A stretch of 64,000 bases of DNA from Lama guanicoe. Taxonomy: Eukaryota. This document shows, piece by piece, positions 13,651 through 25,886 of this stretch. Numbering within the stretch: position 1 is the first letter of the stretch; the number at the start of each line of letters is the position of its first letter. The position numbers were made by a program, and so were the translations under genes. The stretch covers positions 2,295,289 through 2,359,288 of the forward strand of contig MU057340.1 in NCBI GenBank assembly GCA_013239625.1, written 5' to 3'. Below the pieces are notes generated by a model. That model was given only the letters and a program-made list of their open reading frames with translations. It was not told the origin of the DNA and ran no database searches.

Positions 13651-14519
13651 TTCAGGGAGATGGGAAAAAAACCCCAACTTACTATCATTTTAATCTATTT
13701 TTCCAGATAACCTTGGAGTTTTTAATGTCTTACCTGGGTAACTTTTCCATGATATGTTCATTTATCCCAGGACATTTCTGGCATTCCTGTTAATTGCATT
13801 TAGAAACATGATAGAATTTTAAATTACAAGTGAGCTTTGTTCTTTTGATGAAGCACATTTTCAGAATGGAGACTTCTTGCCTTTTTTTTTTTTTTGGAAA
13901 AAGAGTAATGTGTATATGTAGACATTGTGTGAGCATTTGGATGGAATCCCAGGTTATTCTTTACTGTGAACGAGGAAATATGGTATCAGAACTGAAGAGA
14001 TATTTATTGTGGCGTAATTGATGCACAGTCTCCTGAAAGCAGAGGCTGAAACTTTCCATTTTCCATAAAGACAGTATTCTTAGGGAGTGATTTTTAAATT
14101 ACAAAAGATGGCTATTTTTTTTTGTTCTAAGCAGAGACAGATGCGATTTACTTCTGTTTAAATAAGAATAAGTTCTCAGTTGCAAGTACATCTCAGTACC
14201 TTTAAGTGATGACATCATCCTGCTAATGACACTAGCCCATCAGTTCTCCAGCACCACCTGAGCCCACTTCCCGGGGCAGCGGGAAGTACTTTCCTCTTTC
14301 CAGATCTGAATTTCCGTGTCTGAATTGCCTTCATGGAGATTCTTCAGTCTCTTTAGGTAAAGTCTGGTGTCCTCTGGCTTTTGTTTGACTCCACCTACCA
14401 CTGGGATTCTAGAAACCCAATTTATGTTGTCCAATCCTAATTTTAGAAAGTGTTTTTTTTTTTATTATCTGCTGAAGCATGCGTTTTTCTCACTCCTGCT
14501 TCTTAGTTATTATTTTCTT

Positions 14520-14750
14520 AGCGATTTATCAAGTACGCCTATGCTGGGCACTGTGCTAAGTGCTTTGCGGACATGATTATACTTAATCTTCACAGCAGTC
14601 CTCTGGGGTAACTTTATCATCCCCTCCTCCCTCTTTGGAGGCTGGGAATTTTAAGGCTCAGAGAAGTTATGGAATTTCCTGGAGGTCCTAGAGCGAATAA
14701 GAGATAGAGACTGTGTTCACATCCTGGTCAGCTTGACTGCAGACTCTGCT
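14520..14750 (-). mobile_element. MIR SINE
   Basis: ctatgctgggcactgtgctaagtgcttt ... aaggctcagagaagttatggaatttcctggaggtc. Confidence 0.8.
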
Positions 14751-15543
14751 GTCAGTCGCAGGATTGATCTCCGTTTTCCACAAGGCAGATCCTCAGCGTG
14801 AGCTTATCCTCCTGGCTTGCCACCTCTTCTAAGGACAGAGCATCCTGGACTCTTGTGCTTTTCCTGTGTGCGGTGGATTTTGGAACCCGCTATCTTGGCT
14901 GACCTTGTCTGGACTTGTAGGTGGTAGGTGTCACCGGTAAGTGATGTGTGACACTAGGGAGAGGTGTTTACAGTGATGCCCAGAGGTGAAGATGCTCCTC
15001 TAAGTTATGTCATCAACAGAGCACTGTTGTCAGTGATTACCTCTGAAGGCGCCGAATTGACACTGATTCACATGAATGCAGCTCGAGTGTAGAAGCCTCA
15101 TCGTGCTGTAGGCTCCAGTTCAGCCTTTGTCACCTAAAATTGCTGGCGTTTTAGAACAATTTTAAAATTTATTTTTTATGTCTTGCTCTTCAGGCAGGGG
15201 CCGTACCAGTACCTCTGATGCTCATGGTTTTTGGATGAAAGGGTAAAAGAGTTCCAGAGCCTAGAGGACAGGAGGAATGGCAGAATCTCTAACAGAAATA
15301 AAGAATTTGAGAAAAAAGGATGATTCTGGTATCAGGGATGAGAGTGAGGCTGAGCAGAGGCAGGAGTTGAGTGATCCTGAGTTTAGCTCCTGGTGGTACT
15401 TGGAGAAGGAAACAGCTGGTCGTCAGTGGCAAATATGGGCCTAGAGAATGAGGTAGGTGCAGACAGAGAGAAGGACTTTGGGGGTGTTTGCATCAGAGCA
15501 GTGGAGTGGGTACCACCACCTAAAATCATGATGAGAGAGGAGG

Positions 15544-15912
15544 TGCTATGGACTGAATTATGTTCCCCAAATTCATGTTGAAATCATGAACCCCCATGTG
15601 ATGATATCTGGGTATGGGGCCTCTGGGGATGATTAGGTTTAGATGAAGTCAGGTGGGTGGGGCCCTTATGATGGAATTAGTGCCCTTATAGGAAGAGGAA
15701 GAGGCACCAGATGGCTTGTTCTCTCTCTCTACCTTCATGCACCAAGGAAAAAAGGTCATGTGGGGACACAGCAAGAAGGTGGCCGACTACAATCCAAAGA
15801 GAGGGCCTTTACTAGGGCCTGACCCTGCTGGCACCTTGATCTGAGTTCACCAGTCTCTAGAACTATACGAGATAACTGCCTGTTGTTGAAACCATTCAGT
15901 CCGTGGCAGCAC
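15544..15912 (+). mobile_element. MaLR solo LTR, MLT1A-like
   Basis: tgctatggactgaattatgttcccc ... tagtgcccttataggaaga ... ccctgctggcaccttgatct. Confidence 0.85.
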
Positions 15913-16028
15913 CAGCTGGTGAAGGAGAGGAGAGGGGAGGACAGGACTTGGGGAAGGACTCCCTTTTGGGGTGGGAAGACGATAAGGCATCAGCAGAAGT
16001 CTCAGAGGTCAGAAGGGTTGGAGTGGAG

Positions 16029-17055
16029 TTTGTTAGTGTCCTGTGGCCGCTGCAGCGAATTACCACAAACTGGGTGACTTCAAACAACAGAAATTTATTC
16101 TGTTATAGTTCTGGAGGCTGGAAGCCCAAACTCAGTATCACTAGACTGAAATCAGGGATCAGCGGTGCAGGCTCCCTCGAGGCTTGGTGGAACGAGCTGC
16201 TCTTTGCCTCACCTAGTTCCTGGTGGCTGCCGGCATTGCTTGGCTTGTGGCTGTGTTGACTTAGCCTCAAGGCCAGTGTCTTCAAATCTTTCTCTGCTCC
16301 ACATCTCCCTCTGCCTCTGTCTCATAAGGACAACTTTTTGGTAGTGTCTTTGTCTGGTTTTGGTATCAGGGTAGTAGTGGCTTCATAGAATGAGTTTGGG
16401 AGTGTTTCCTAATTTTTAGTCTTTTGTAAGAGTTTGAGAAGGATCAGTATGACTTCTTTGTATGTTTGGTAGAAGTCCCCAGGGAAGCCATCTCGTCCTG
16501 GGCTTTTGTTTGCAGGGTTTTTTGTTTTTTTTAAATTACAGATTCTATTTCACTTCTGGTGATTGGTCTGTTCAAATGACCTATTTCTTGATTCAGTTTT
16601 GGTGGACTGTACATTTTAGCAACGTGTCCATTTGTTCTAGGTTGTCCAGTTTGTTGGCATATAATTGTTCATGGTATTCTCTGGTGGTTTTTTTTGTATT
16701 TCTGTAGTATCAGTTGTAGTTTCTCCTCTTTCATTTGTTATTTTGTTTGTTTGTGTCCTCTCTCTTTTCTTCTTGGTGAACCAGGCCAGTGGTTTGTCAA
16801 TTTTGTTTACTCTTGCAAAAAACCAGCTCTTCATTTTATCTTATAAAGATATTTGTGATGGCATTTCGGGCCCACCTGGATAACCCAAGATACTCTCCTT
16901 CTCTTAGGGTCCTATCACATCTGCAAAGACAACCCTCTCCCCCAACCCCAAGCCATACACACACACCTTTTTCCATATAGGGTGACTTTCACAGGTTCCA
17001 GGTATTAGGGCGTGGATGTCTTTTGGCAGAGGTTGAGGGTGGTCAGCCTATCACT
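16029..17055 (-). mobile_element. MaLR solo LTR, MLT1C/D/E-like, interrupted by L1
   Basis: aattaccacaaactgggtgacttcaaacaacagaaatttattc ... tcacaggttccaggtattagggcgtggatgtctttt. Confidence 0.85.
16335..16838 (-). mobile_element. Internal L1 ORF2 fragment with no 3'UTR, flanked by a TSD-like repeat
   Basis: ORF 16637-16834 KSWFFARVNKIDKPLAWFTKKKRERTQ matches the L1 ORF2 linker. It continues to NSFYEATTTLIPKPDKDTTKK. Flanks are tctcataaggacaacttt and tcttataaagatattt. Confidence 0.9.
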
Positions 17056-18743
17056 GGGAAGAAGAATTGCACATGGATACAAGTGCTTTAAGATGTGAGG
17101 TGGGTCCAGCAATGTTACATGCTGCTGAGGTCAAGGTTGAAGAGACTGCCATTGGATTTGGCATTCAGGAAGTCACTAGTGACCTTGCAGAGAACGTTAT
17201 GTCAGCAGTAAGCCTGGAAGGCAGGCTGACAAGGGATGGGAGTGGGCATCGGAGAAGGAGAGGGACAGTCTGTTGGAGAAATGTGGGGGCATTTCAGGGT
17301 TATATAAAAAGGTTGTGTGTGCGTGTGTCTCTGTGTGTTTGTTGTTGGAGTCTTTTGGGAGATTCAGTGAATGACATCCATTTTTTTCTGCCCAGGTTCA
17401 GAGCCGGTTGAGAGAAGGATAGCGAGAAATCCAGCAAAGTGTCAACTTGCTGATGAACCCAGAATAGTGAGCAGGGCTTCCCATGCAGCCACACCAGTCT
17501 CTTTACATCGGTGCCCAAGTGAGACACACTTAGTGACTTGGTTGCCGTCAGCTCCACGGAGGCAGGGACTGTCCTGCTTAGTTCGTGGATCCAAGGAGCT
17601 GACTCAGGGGCTGCTCTGCAGAGGTGGCAGCAGAGGGATGGGGGTGGGGGTGGGGGGCATTGCTCTGCTGGGATGGACACTCACCAGGCATTTCAGTCAT
17701 TCCCCTACTCTCACCAAAGTCTTACCCTGGCTCTCGACCCTCACCACCCTTCGCTCAGACCAACACCCTGCTGTGTCCCCCTGGTGGTCAGGATGTCTCC
17801 CCTGGTCTCAACACTGTGAGCACCTCAGCAGTAGGCACCTGTCCTCTTCTGGGTGGTGTCACCTGCGCCTGGGACACTGCCTGCCTGGAATGGGGTCGGG
17901 GTCGATGGGCAGTCAGGGTTTGCCAGATACACTAATGAATGACTAAGTTGTCTCACAGAGTCAGTATTCAGGGCTCCATCTGTGTTTTTGTAGTGTACTT
18001 GGGTTTCTTAGGTATTTGCGTTTTGCTTGTATTAGCCTTTGCCCTGGTGGGAACAGCCACAGTTTTGATTGTACCAGGACTGATGAGTTAGCCTGGAGAA
18101 CAGCAGTGTAAAGAGAGCCAAGGTCATAGTGTAAGCTGAGGTCAGAGGGAAGCCTGGAGTCTCTAATAGTCTGCTCAAGGCACTGAAGAATTCAGTGGTT
18201 TTTCCTGTGATGAATTAAATCCATCCTTCAACTGGATTAGTGACTTTTCTTTTTTCTGAATTGCTGATGTAGCCGATGTTTGAGAAATCAATGGATTTTC
18301 AGTTTATGTGAAAGCAAGGGGGAAGGGTGAACTTGACTTCTGGGCTGTAGATGCAGTTCTCTGGAGAAATCACATTTATGGGAGGGTGGAGGGGGCGCTC
18401 TACTTGCTTGGGCATTCATTTAAAACGAAGTCTACCTGGAGTAACTGTATGGTGCCATTGGCTGCTGAAATTTAGGAAGTCGTAATATTTGATCAGAAAA
18501 CACCAGCTATTAGTTTTCCTAACTGCATCAGTCCCTCTTGGCTTGTAGGGACAAGGGAAAGATGAACTGAGGATGTCTTCCCCACCTCTCTTTGTCCCCG
18601 TCCTGGAGCAGGTCTCTCTGAAAGCCCCTGGGCGCCCAACTTCTCCTGAGTGGTGGCAGTCCTCTTAGGAGCGGGCAGCGTGGAGGGGATGTTACGGCGC
18701 TGATCCTTTGAGGGTGTGAGCTGGATGAACCATGTGTCTAAGG

Positions 18744-19074
18744 CAGCACTAGTAGAAACAAAATACAATTTGAGCCACACATGTGAGCTCCATCTGCCAT
18801 TAAACACCTCCCAGGAGCTATATTAAACAAAGTAAAGAGAAGTAAAATTAACTTCATTGATATTTTTATTTACCCCAATATAACCGAAATATTATATCTG
18901 CATTTGGTAATAAAATATAAGAATTATTAATGAGATATTTTACACCTTTTTCAGGCTAAGTCTTTACAATCCAGTGTGTGTTTTATGCTTACGGCACATT
19001 TCAACGTGGACTAGCCACTTTACGTGTGCTTGGTAGTTACATGTGGCTCTTGGCTACCATACTGAACAGCATTG
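18744..19074. mobile_element. MER33-like hAT-Charlie MITE
   Basis: ttattaatgagatattttac ... atccagtgtgtgttttatgcttacggcacatttcaa ... catgtggctcttggctaccatactgaacagca. Confidence 0.8.
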
Positions 19075-20649
19075 TTCTGAACAGTGTGTGTGTTTGTGTC
19101 CTGAGAGGAAGATACTGCAGTGTTAAGTATTATGAGATATTTGAGTAGAATTAATACTTAGATGAAAATTGAAGCCCCCCCCCTTTTTTTAATTGTTGCC
19201 AAACATCTATTACTTCCCTGGAAACAGAGTATCCATGAATGTTTCTAGTGGAGAAACAGTTATAGCTGAGGGATTTGGGTGATGGGAGAACTAAAAGTTA
19301 TTTCCCCCCAAACGCCAAGAGATAAATGATGTAATTATTTTTTACCTGTTTAAGAATGTTTTGAGGATGAATACACTCACATATAGAAAGACTGGGTGAA
19401 TGTAGGAATTCGTATAAAGAGGAAATTGATAAGGACTTGAGATTTAGAAATTTCTCCTTTGTGATTGGTTGTTTACTATTTTTAATGATGTGTACAGTGT
19501 ACCTACTGTGGTGACATTCCTTTTGTTTTCTTTTCTGGCTGCCAGCCCCTCAACCCCTCTCTGTTGGAGATCCTCACCATTTGGGTCTTGATGGGAGGCG
19601 AGGTAGAGCTCTGGAAGGCTGGAAGAAACTTGCTTTTCCAGGTCTGAGTCACATAACCAAAGCTAAACTAATTAGAAGTTCCCATGTGGAGTTCAGAGTC
19701 TGGTGGGACTGCCATTTAAGACTCCCTCCAGCGTCGGAGATGACAGCTGCACCTGGGGCGCCGTGGCTACCGCTGGTGGCACCGTAACTGGAGCGATCTG
19801 GCCGCGCTCTGGACTGTGTTCCCAGCACCTTGCCTCCCTCGGTTTCCACCAATTTCCTGTGCTTGTTCTGTCATCCTTCCAGTCTGTTCTCTGGTTACTG
19901 AACTCCTCCCAGGGCAAATCCCTTCTCTGCTTGTTAATCAGAGTTGGTGAGTGGTGTTGGCACCCAAGAATTAAGCTCTTAAGCTCTTGAGTTTGGGAAT
20001 TGTTTCCATATGTGTTTGTATCATCCCATGGGACTTTGCATGTAGTTGAGTATTCTGTTATTTGATTGATAAACTAGGTTCTGTTTTTCACTGGTGATAC
20101 ATTTTTTGATGAAAATAGCACACAGTCCATAAATGTTGATCCTGGGGTGTGTGGTTTATAAAGACTTGACATCCACTTGTAATAGTTTTCCTTAACTGTC
20201 AGCTGGGTCATGCATTTCACAGCTTAACTGTCATTTAAGATCGAGTGTGGCCACCTCTGCTGCATGCACTTGGTCACAGCCATGCTGCATCACTTTTAGA
20301 GAGGTCTCTGGTCTTCAGTGTTTGCATGACATTGTTGAAATTGTATCCAGTGAATGAATACACGTGGTTGTGTTTCGTTGTTAAATTTTTACATATTTTA
20401 AGATTAATTTTATTTAGCAAAATGATACATGCTCATGATTTAAGTCAAATATGCTACTGTTGATAACAACTGTTCTCTTTGGGTTCCCTTCCCTCCTTCC
20501 ATCTCACAGAGCTACATCTTACCCCAGAGGCAACCACTTCCCCCTTGTTCTTCTCTGCTTTACTATAAACCCTGTGTTTCTAAAAGTCATCACTTTTTGG
20601 CATTTCTATTAACTAATTTTAGTAGGTGGAGATTTTAACTCCCTTTCCC

Positions 20650-21162
20650 TGTTGGGAGATAATTCTTCCTGGGTCTCTCATGTTTCTGCATGTCATGCAA
20701 GCAGAGGTACTAACTCTCTGTTCCAGATGAGCTTTTCAAAGGTATCTGTATAGTGACTAGCCTTGCAAGGTAGAGACAGTATCTCCTCCAGAGAAGAGGG
20801 TGGTTTGTGTACAGCCTTGGGAGGCGGAGATAGTGTTTTCCTCCAGAGCCAAGAGCAGACCTGCTTACTGCCCATGATGAAATATTTAGCTTCTTGAAGC
20901 GTGGGGCTCCTCTCCTGCAGCATGACACAAGTCCACTGTGTGTGCAGATATCGCTCAGGCCTCTGTGCATGGCTGGGGGAATGCAGGCTTTGAGAATCAA
21001 GGTGAAAATGACACCCTGGCCACTGCTGTTGCCGTGAGTAATAAATGGTCCTTTGTCTCTGACCCAGAAGTCTCACGTCTTCTGCCAGCATCCATGAAAC
21101 TGGCAGGCTGACTTTTTAGTTTGTTAGTCAGGTAAAATCTCTGTCCCTTCACAAGTTCTCAC
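20650..21162 (+). mobile_element. ERVL-class solo LTR (MER76-like)
   Basis: Starts tgttgggagataattct. Contains aataaa followed by ctttgtctctgacccagaagtctc. 5-bp flanks ttccc and ttcca. Confidence 0.75.
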
Positions 21163-21920
21163 TTCCATCTCCCCAGATTTCCCAGTTTTAAGGCTTTTGA
21201 TTAGATCCGTTTCAGGTGTATTTGTCATTTTGACTGTAAGAGTGGTACCCTGATGAGCTGAATAGCATGCTATGATTTTTATCTCCTTTTCTGTGCAACT
21301 TGTGTTGCTCTCAAATTCAGTAGTGACCTTTTTAAGGATTCAGTTGATGAGTTTTCTTTCATTTCTGGTCAAGTCTTCCCTTGCTTCCTAACAACTCCAT
21401 GATGTGTGAAAAACAGCTCACAGATAGACTGTCAGATAATCTTATCAGTTCTTCCTTTTACCTGGAGACCTACCTCTGGGAGCAGCCGCTGTCCTGTTCT
21501 AATATATACTGATTGCTTTTGGGGCTGTGCAGTTGCTTTCACCGAGCCTGGTGGCTGGCTTCCGGATCCCCGTTCGCCACCTCTGCTCCATTTGCCGCCT
21601 TCTTTAGAGGCCGGCTAAGTTAGATTTTCTCTTCCCCAGCTTCTCCTGCAGTCTGGGGTGTCTCTGTAAAACTCCTGGCAAATGGTACATGAGCAGAGGT
21701 TTTTTTCAGGCTGATGCTGGATTCAGGGAAAGTTTTTGCTTTCTTGCTGAAAAGGACAAGAAGGACCCAGATAGTATTCCTTTCTTCCTAGCTTGATTGT
21801 GGCCATAACACCAGGATCTCTGGCAGCCATTTCTGTGAACAGGACAGATGGGAATACAGGATGGTAGGGTCCTCGGCCCAAGCCATTACTCAACGCTAGT
21901 TTCACTCCAGATTTTTTTTT

Positions 21921-22055
21921 TTAATTTAAAAAAAATTGGGGGGGGCAATAATTAGGTTATTTATTTATTTTCTTTTTATACAGAGGTGCTGGGGTTTAAC
22001 CCAGGACCTCGTGCATGCTAGGCATGAGCTCCAACACCGAGCTATACCCTCCCCC
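21921..22055 (-). mobile_element. Vic-1 type SINE, long-tail form
   Basis: aacccaggacctcgtgcatgctaggcatg...gagctataccctcccc, plus the aattaggttatttattt extension. Flanked by agatttt repeats. Confidence 0.9.
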
Positions 22056-22858
22056 TAGATTTTCTTTTTGTAACATGAGTCAATACGTATCCCTTTTTAC
22101 TTGGGCCAATGTAGTTTGGATTTTCTGTCTCTTGTAATGGAAAAGTCCAAATGATTGTAAAGCCTGTTTGCTATCCCTGAATAGGTAATGGAGAGTATGA
22201 TCGTGCTCACAAATCTATAAGGTGGTAGTTTCAGAAGATGGGTCTAATGATTATGTGATTGATTTGTGGACAGAGAGTCCTTTCTTTGTTTTGACTTGAT
22301 TCCCTTCTGCCCTGTTCCATTTGTAATTGTTTTCTGGTGATTGCCTGAAATGCTGTTGGAGAGAGGTGGAAAACAGGGGCTGAGGTAGGGTTCTAATTAA
22401 GCTACTGCTGGACCTTCCAGTGACTCTCCTGGAAAAGTCCTTACTTGACAAGTCATAGGTGTAACAAGATGCCGAATTATGCATTATTATTCGTAAATAG
22501 TTCATTTCCATCGTTTGATGCTCCTAACATTCTGAATTGCTGTTTTTAGCAAAGAGCAAGATTGTTCCCCTCAAATTGCTCATGATAAAAACGTCTAGTT
22601 GAGGGTTGCGTTGCTGATTTGCGGTTTTCTACCTACTCGCAGGTCTTACTGCGTTAGAAATCCATGTGTTATTCAGGATGTTTTGATGACTTCTCTAGAG
22701 GAAGAGAGTCCTGAGTGGTGGCGTTACAGTGAAAGTCTAGGGCAATTAAATGGGAATTTGGAAACAATTATGTCTGAGAGTCAAATGTCTCTAAGATGTG
22801 ATGACTGGCTTCAGGAACCAACTCAGCCAGGATCTTTAAACATAATGCCGTGTTTGAC

Positions 22859-23205
22859 TTTTTTTTTGAGGTGAGGTATAGTTGATTTACGATGTTGTGT
22901 TGATTTCAGGTGTACGGCATGGTGATTCAGTTATACATGTATGTATTTTCATATTCTTTTCCATTGTAAGTTATTACAAGATCCTGAGTACAGTTCCTTG
23001 TGCTATATATTAGGACTTTGTTGTTTACCTATTTTATATATAGTAGTGTATATCAAATCCCACACCTCTTGATTTTTTTTTTAATGTTAAAAAACCTTTT
23101 TTTTTAGTGGCGGTGCTGGGGATTGAACCTGGGACCGTGTGCATGCTAAGTACGTGCTCTACAACTGAACTATACCCACCCCCCACACACCTCTAATTTA
23201 TCCCT
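22859..23205 (-). mobile_element. Lineage-type L1 3' end hosting a SINE
   Basis: gtatagttgatttacgatgttgtgttgatttcaggtgtac ... ttgttgtttacctattttatatatagtagtgt. Confidence 0.88.
23071..23185 (-). mobile_element. Vic-1 type SINE, short form, nested in L1
   Basis: ggggattgaacctgggaccgtgtgcatgctaagtacgtgctctacaactgaactata. TSD cacacctct at 23061-23069 and 23186-23194. Confidence 0.9.
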
Positions 23206-23864
23206 TGTCAACTCAGAACCCAAGAGAAGGTCTGGTGGAGCAGCTCCTGTTTTGTTTTAGTCATGACATCAGTGAGGAAAGGACAGAGACTGAGTTAGAT
23301 TGGAGAGAGTGGACATTGTTGGAGTGCTGTGTTTTGTGTGGACGTTGATCTTGGGAGCTAATCCATTCTGTTCTTACGGTGTTTCTCTGTGTTCCCAGAA
23401 CATTGGGGTTTAGGCGCCATTTGGTTCTTGGGCCCTCTTGTCTGGGGCCCGTGGAGTCCAGCCTCACCAGCTGATGGTTCAGCTCCAAGGGTGTCCCATG
23501 CTTGTGGGCTTCCCTTAGGAGAAAATGCCCTTCCCTTTGTCCCTAGCCTTGAGAGAGTTTCCCACTCCTTCAAGGCCCTGCCTGAGCCTTCGCTCATCTC
23601 ATGGTCAGAATTCATCACCATCCTTCTCCCCACTCATCTTCTACAGCATCGCTCCTTTTGGTTTTAGTTGGTGCTCATTTCATTTTGCCTTGTGGTTGGA
23701 TGTGTCTGTAATCCTCACTAGAGGAGCCCCTAGAAGGTCAGGCTTGTGATCGACAAATCCTTTCTGTTAGTGATGGACAGAAGATGCTCAGTTAGTTCAA
23801 CATTTGTTAAGAGAATGAATGGAGCGGGGTGTATATAATAAGGCAGAGACCAAGAGCTGCTTGT

Positions 23865-24020
23865 TCTCTCTGTGACATGGGACAGCTTGCTGAACTTTCT
23901 ATGTCTTGCCTCACCTGTAGAGCAAGGAGGTGATACTCACATCTGGGTTGTGGTGAGTATTGGCGCTAATGCATGCCGCCGCTTAGGATGTCACAGCACA
24001 CAGAAGTGGCAATGGTTGTC
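23865..24020 (+). mobile_element. MIR SINE
   Basis: tgtgacatgggacagcttgctgaactttctatgtcttgcctcacctgta. Confidence 0.6.
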
Positions 24021-24572
24021 ATCAGTCGTTGCTAATAAATTGCCTGTTTTACTGCTTTGAATTTACCATGAGTTAAACTCAACTGTTCAGAGACCATGTG
24101 AAACCAAGGGCAAAGTGTTCAAAAAGGGCTTCTCCCGTGCTCCCAGTGATGAGGATCTTAGTGCTGACCTGTCATGTTTAGGAAATTGCTGCATCAAGTC
24201 ACCCTAGTGCCCCCGTTGTCCTTTTACGTGTTGCTGGCCATGTTTATTTTCACAGCAAAGTCTGATAAAACTCCTCCTACCCCAGGACACCCCTCCCCCC
24301 GGCACCACCTCCTTGTCTACCGAACAACCCCTGCTGTTAAGCCAGGGGTGTGCTGGGGACACAGGAATGAGTTAGACCTGCGCCTGGCATCCAACATGTC
24401 CAGAAGCAAGCAGGACTGATTCCAGGCTGAATCAGTAGAGATGCAGGACCTTTAGTAACCAGACATGCAGATTCTAGTGTCAAGTGATTCAGATTTTGTA
24501 ATCCCCCTTGCTGTTTGCTCTGTCAGGAAAGATGTTCTCATTGTTTAGAGCTTACCAAATGCAGTTGGTTTT

Positions 24573-24707
24573 TGTTTATTTGTATTTTTGTGGGGGGGAA
24601 GGTAATTAGGTTTATTTGTTTATTTATTCATTTGATGGAGGTTCTGGGGATTGAACCCAGGACCTCGTGCATGCTAAGCGGGTGTTCTCCTATACCCTTT
24701 CTACCCC
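24573..24707 (-). mobile_element. Vic-1 type SINE, long-tail form
   Basis: ggtaattaggtttattt...ggggattgaacccaggacctcgtgcatgctaagc. Small deletion in the A-box region. Confidence 0.9.
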
Positions 24708-25847
24708 TCAGCTTAGTTTTAAATTAAGCAGCTGAGTGCAGTAGAAAGAGTACGGAATGGGAAGTCAAGAGATGGGAAGTCAGGAGACGTGAGGTCCCAG
24801 CTTTGGGACTCTGGAATCACTGCCATTCCGGAGCCTTGGCTTCCCTATTCTTTTGTAATATCTGAGAGTGAAGAAGTCCCTGGAGGCTCCCCCAGCTCTA
24901 ACAGCCTGTGTTCTAAGGACTTGGGCCCACTTTCTCGCTGATCCTATTCCCACATATCTCTCATAAAGAGGTGCACGCCGTCCCTTTGGTTTCCTGTGGA
25001 TGGTGCTGAGGCAGGTGACTGAGACATGGCCTTGACCTCCCAACCTGAGCTGGGTGTGATGCTGAGCCCCACAAACAGAAAGAGAAGTGTTCATTTTTGT
25101 GGAGTGATGGAGGAAAATGAATACAAATTTGCAAAAAAGTCCGCCTCCTCCAGCCCTTCTCCACCCAGGCTCTGCAGGAGGATGAAGCCTTACTGCCCGA
25201 GGACGAGTGCTGTGTGCAGTGGCTTATCCCCTGCCTCGTGCATCTGGAATAGTAGGAGCCGTGCACCATGGAGGAGAAGACTCACTCCCGTCATTTTCCG
25301 AGGGCCACGGTTCAGAAGAGGAATCCCAGTTGAGAAGGGTTGTAAGGCCAGGTGGCCTCCTTGGGTTAGTCACACAGGGAGCCTTCTGTACTCATTTCCC
25401 AGACATCTCTTAAGTAAGTCTTTGATCAGATAAGGTTGTTTGCCATATGTAATGCCCCCCCCAAACCACTAGCTTTGAAACTGTTAGTTTTAAAATTTCC
25501 CTTTGTATCTGGGTCCCTAATTTACACTTAGGAAAACATGCCTCCTATGAGGGTGCTTTGGGGAATGTGAAAACTATATTGGCCACTGATGGATGTTTTG
25601 TTCCTAGAGGAAAAAGGCGCTTATTGGTGACCAGTTGGTCCGTCCATTCCACAGACCCTGATTGAGGCCTCTGTGCTGGACGCCAGGGTCGCCACGTGGA
25701 AGGCAGGCGGGATGACTCGTAACCCGAGAGTAAACCGTGTGCCATGGGGATGCTCTTCTAGGGGAAGGCATGGTGCCTGTGTCCAGTCCTGGAGGCCAAA
25801 CAGTGGACTTTCCAGGTGTGCTCTTCTGTTCCTCTTTGGTTAGGGGT

Positions 25848-25850
<3 letters not shown>

Positions 25851-25884
<34 letters not shown>
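25851..25884 (+). repeat. (TG)17 microsatellite
   Basis: Perfect TG run. Confidence 0.98.

Positions 25885-25886
<2 letters not shown>

Larger units (their letters stand above)
15240..17290 (-). mobile_element. L2 fragment interrupted by two MaLR LTRs
   Basis: Purine-rich antisense L2 motifs at about 15240-15540, 15915-16025 and 17056-17290 (ccattggatttggcattcaggaagtcactagtgacctt). Confidence 0.65.

Noticed and set aside
17371-17946. Longest ORF (191 aa)
   Set aside because: Ser/Leu/Gly/Pro-rich with no recognisable domain. Overlapping ORFs in several frames are typical of GC-rich non-coding DNA.
25026-25433. 135-aa ATG ORF
   Set aside because: No recognisable homology or exon structure.
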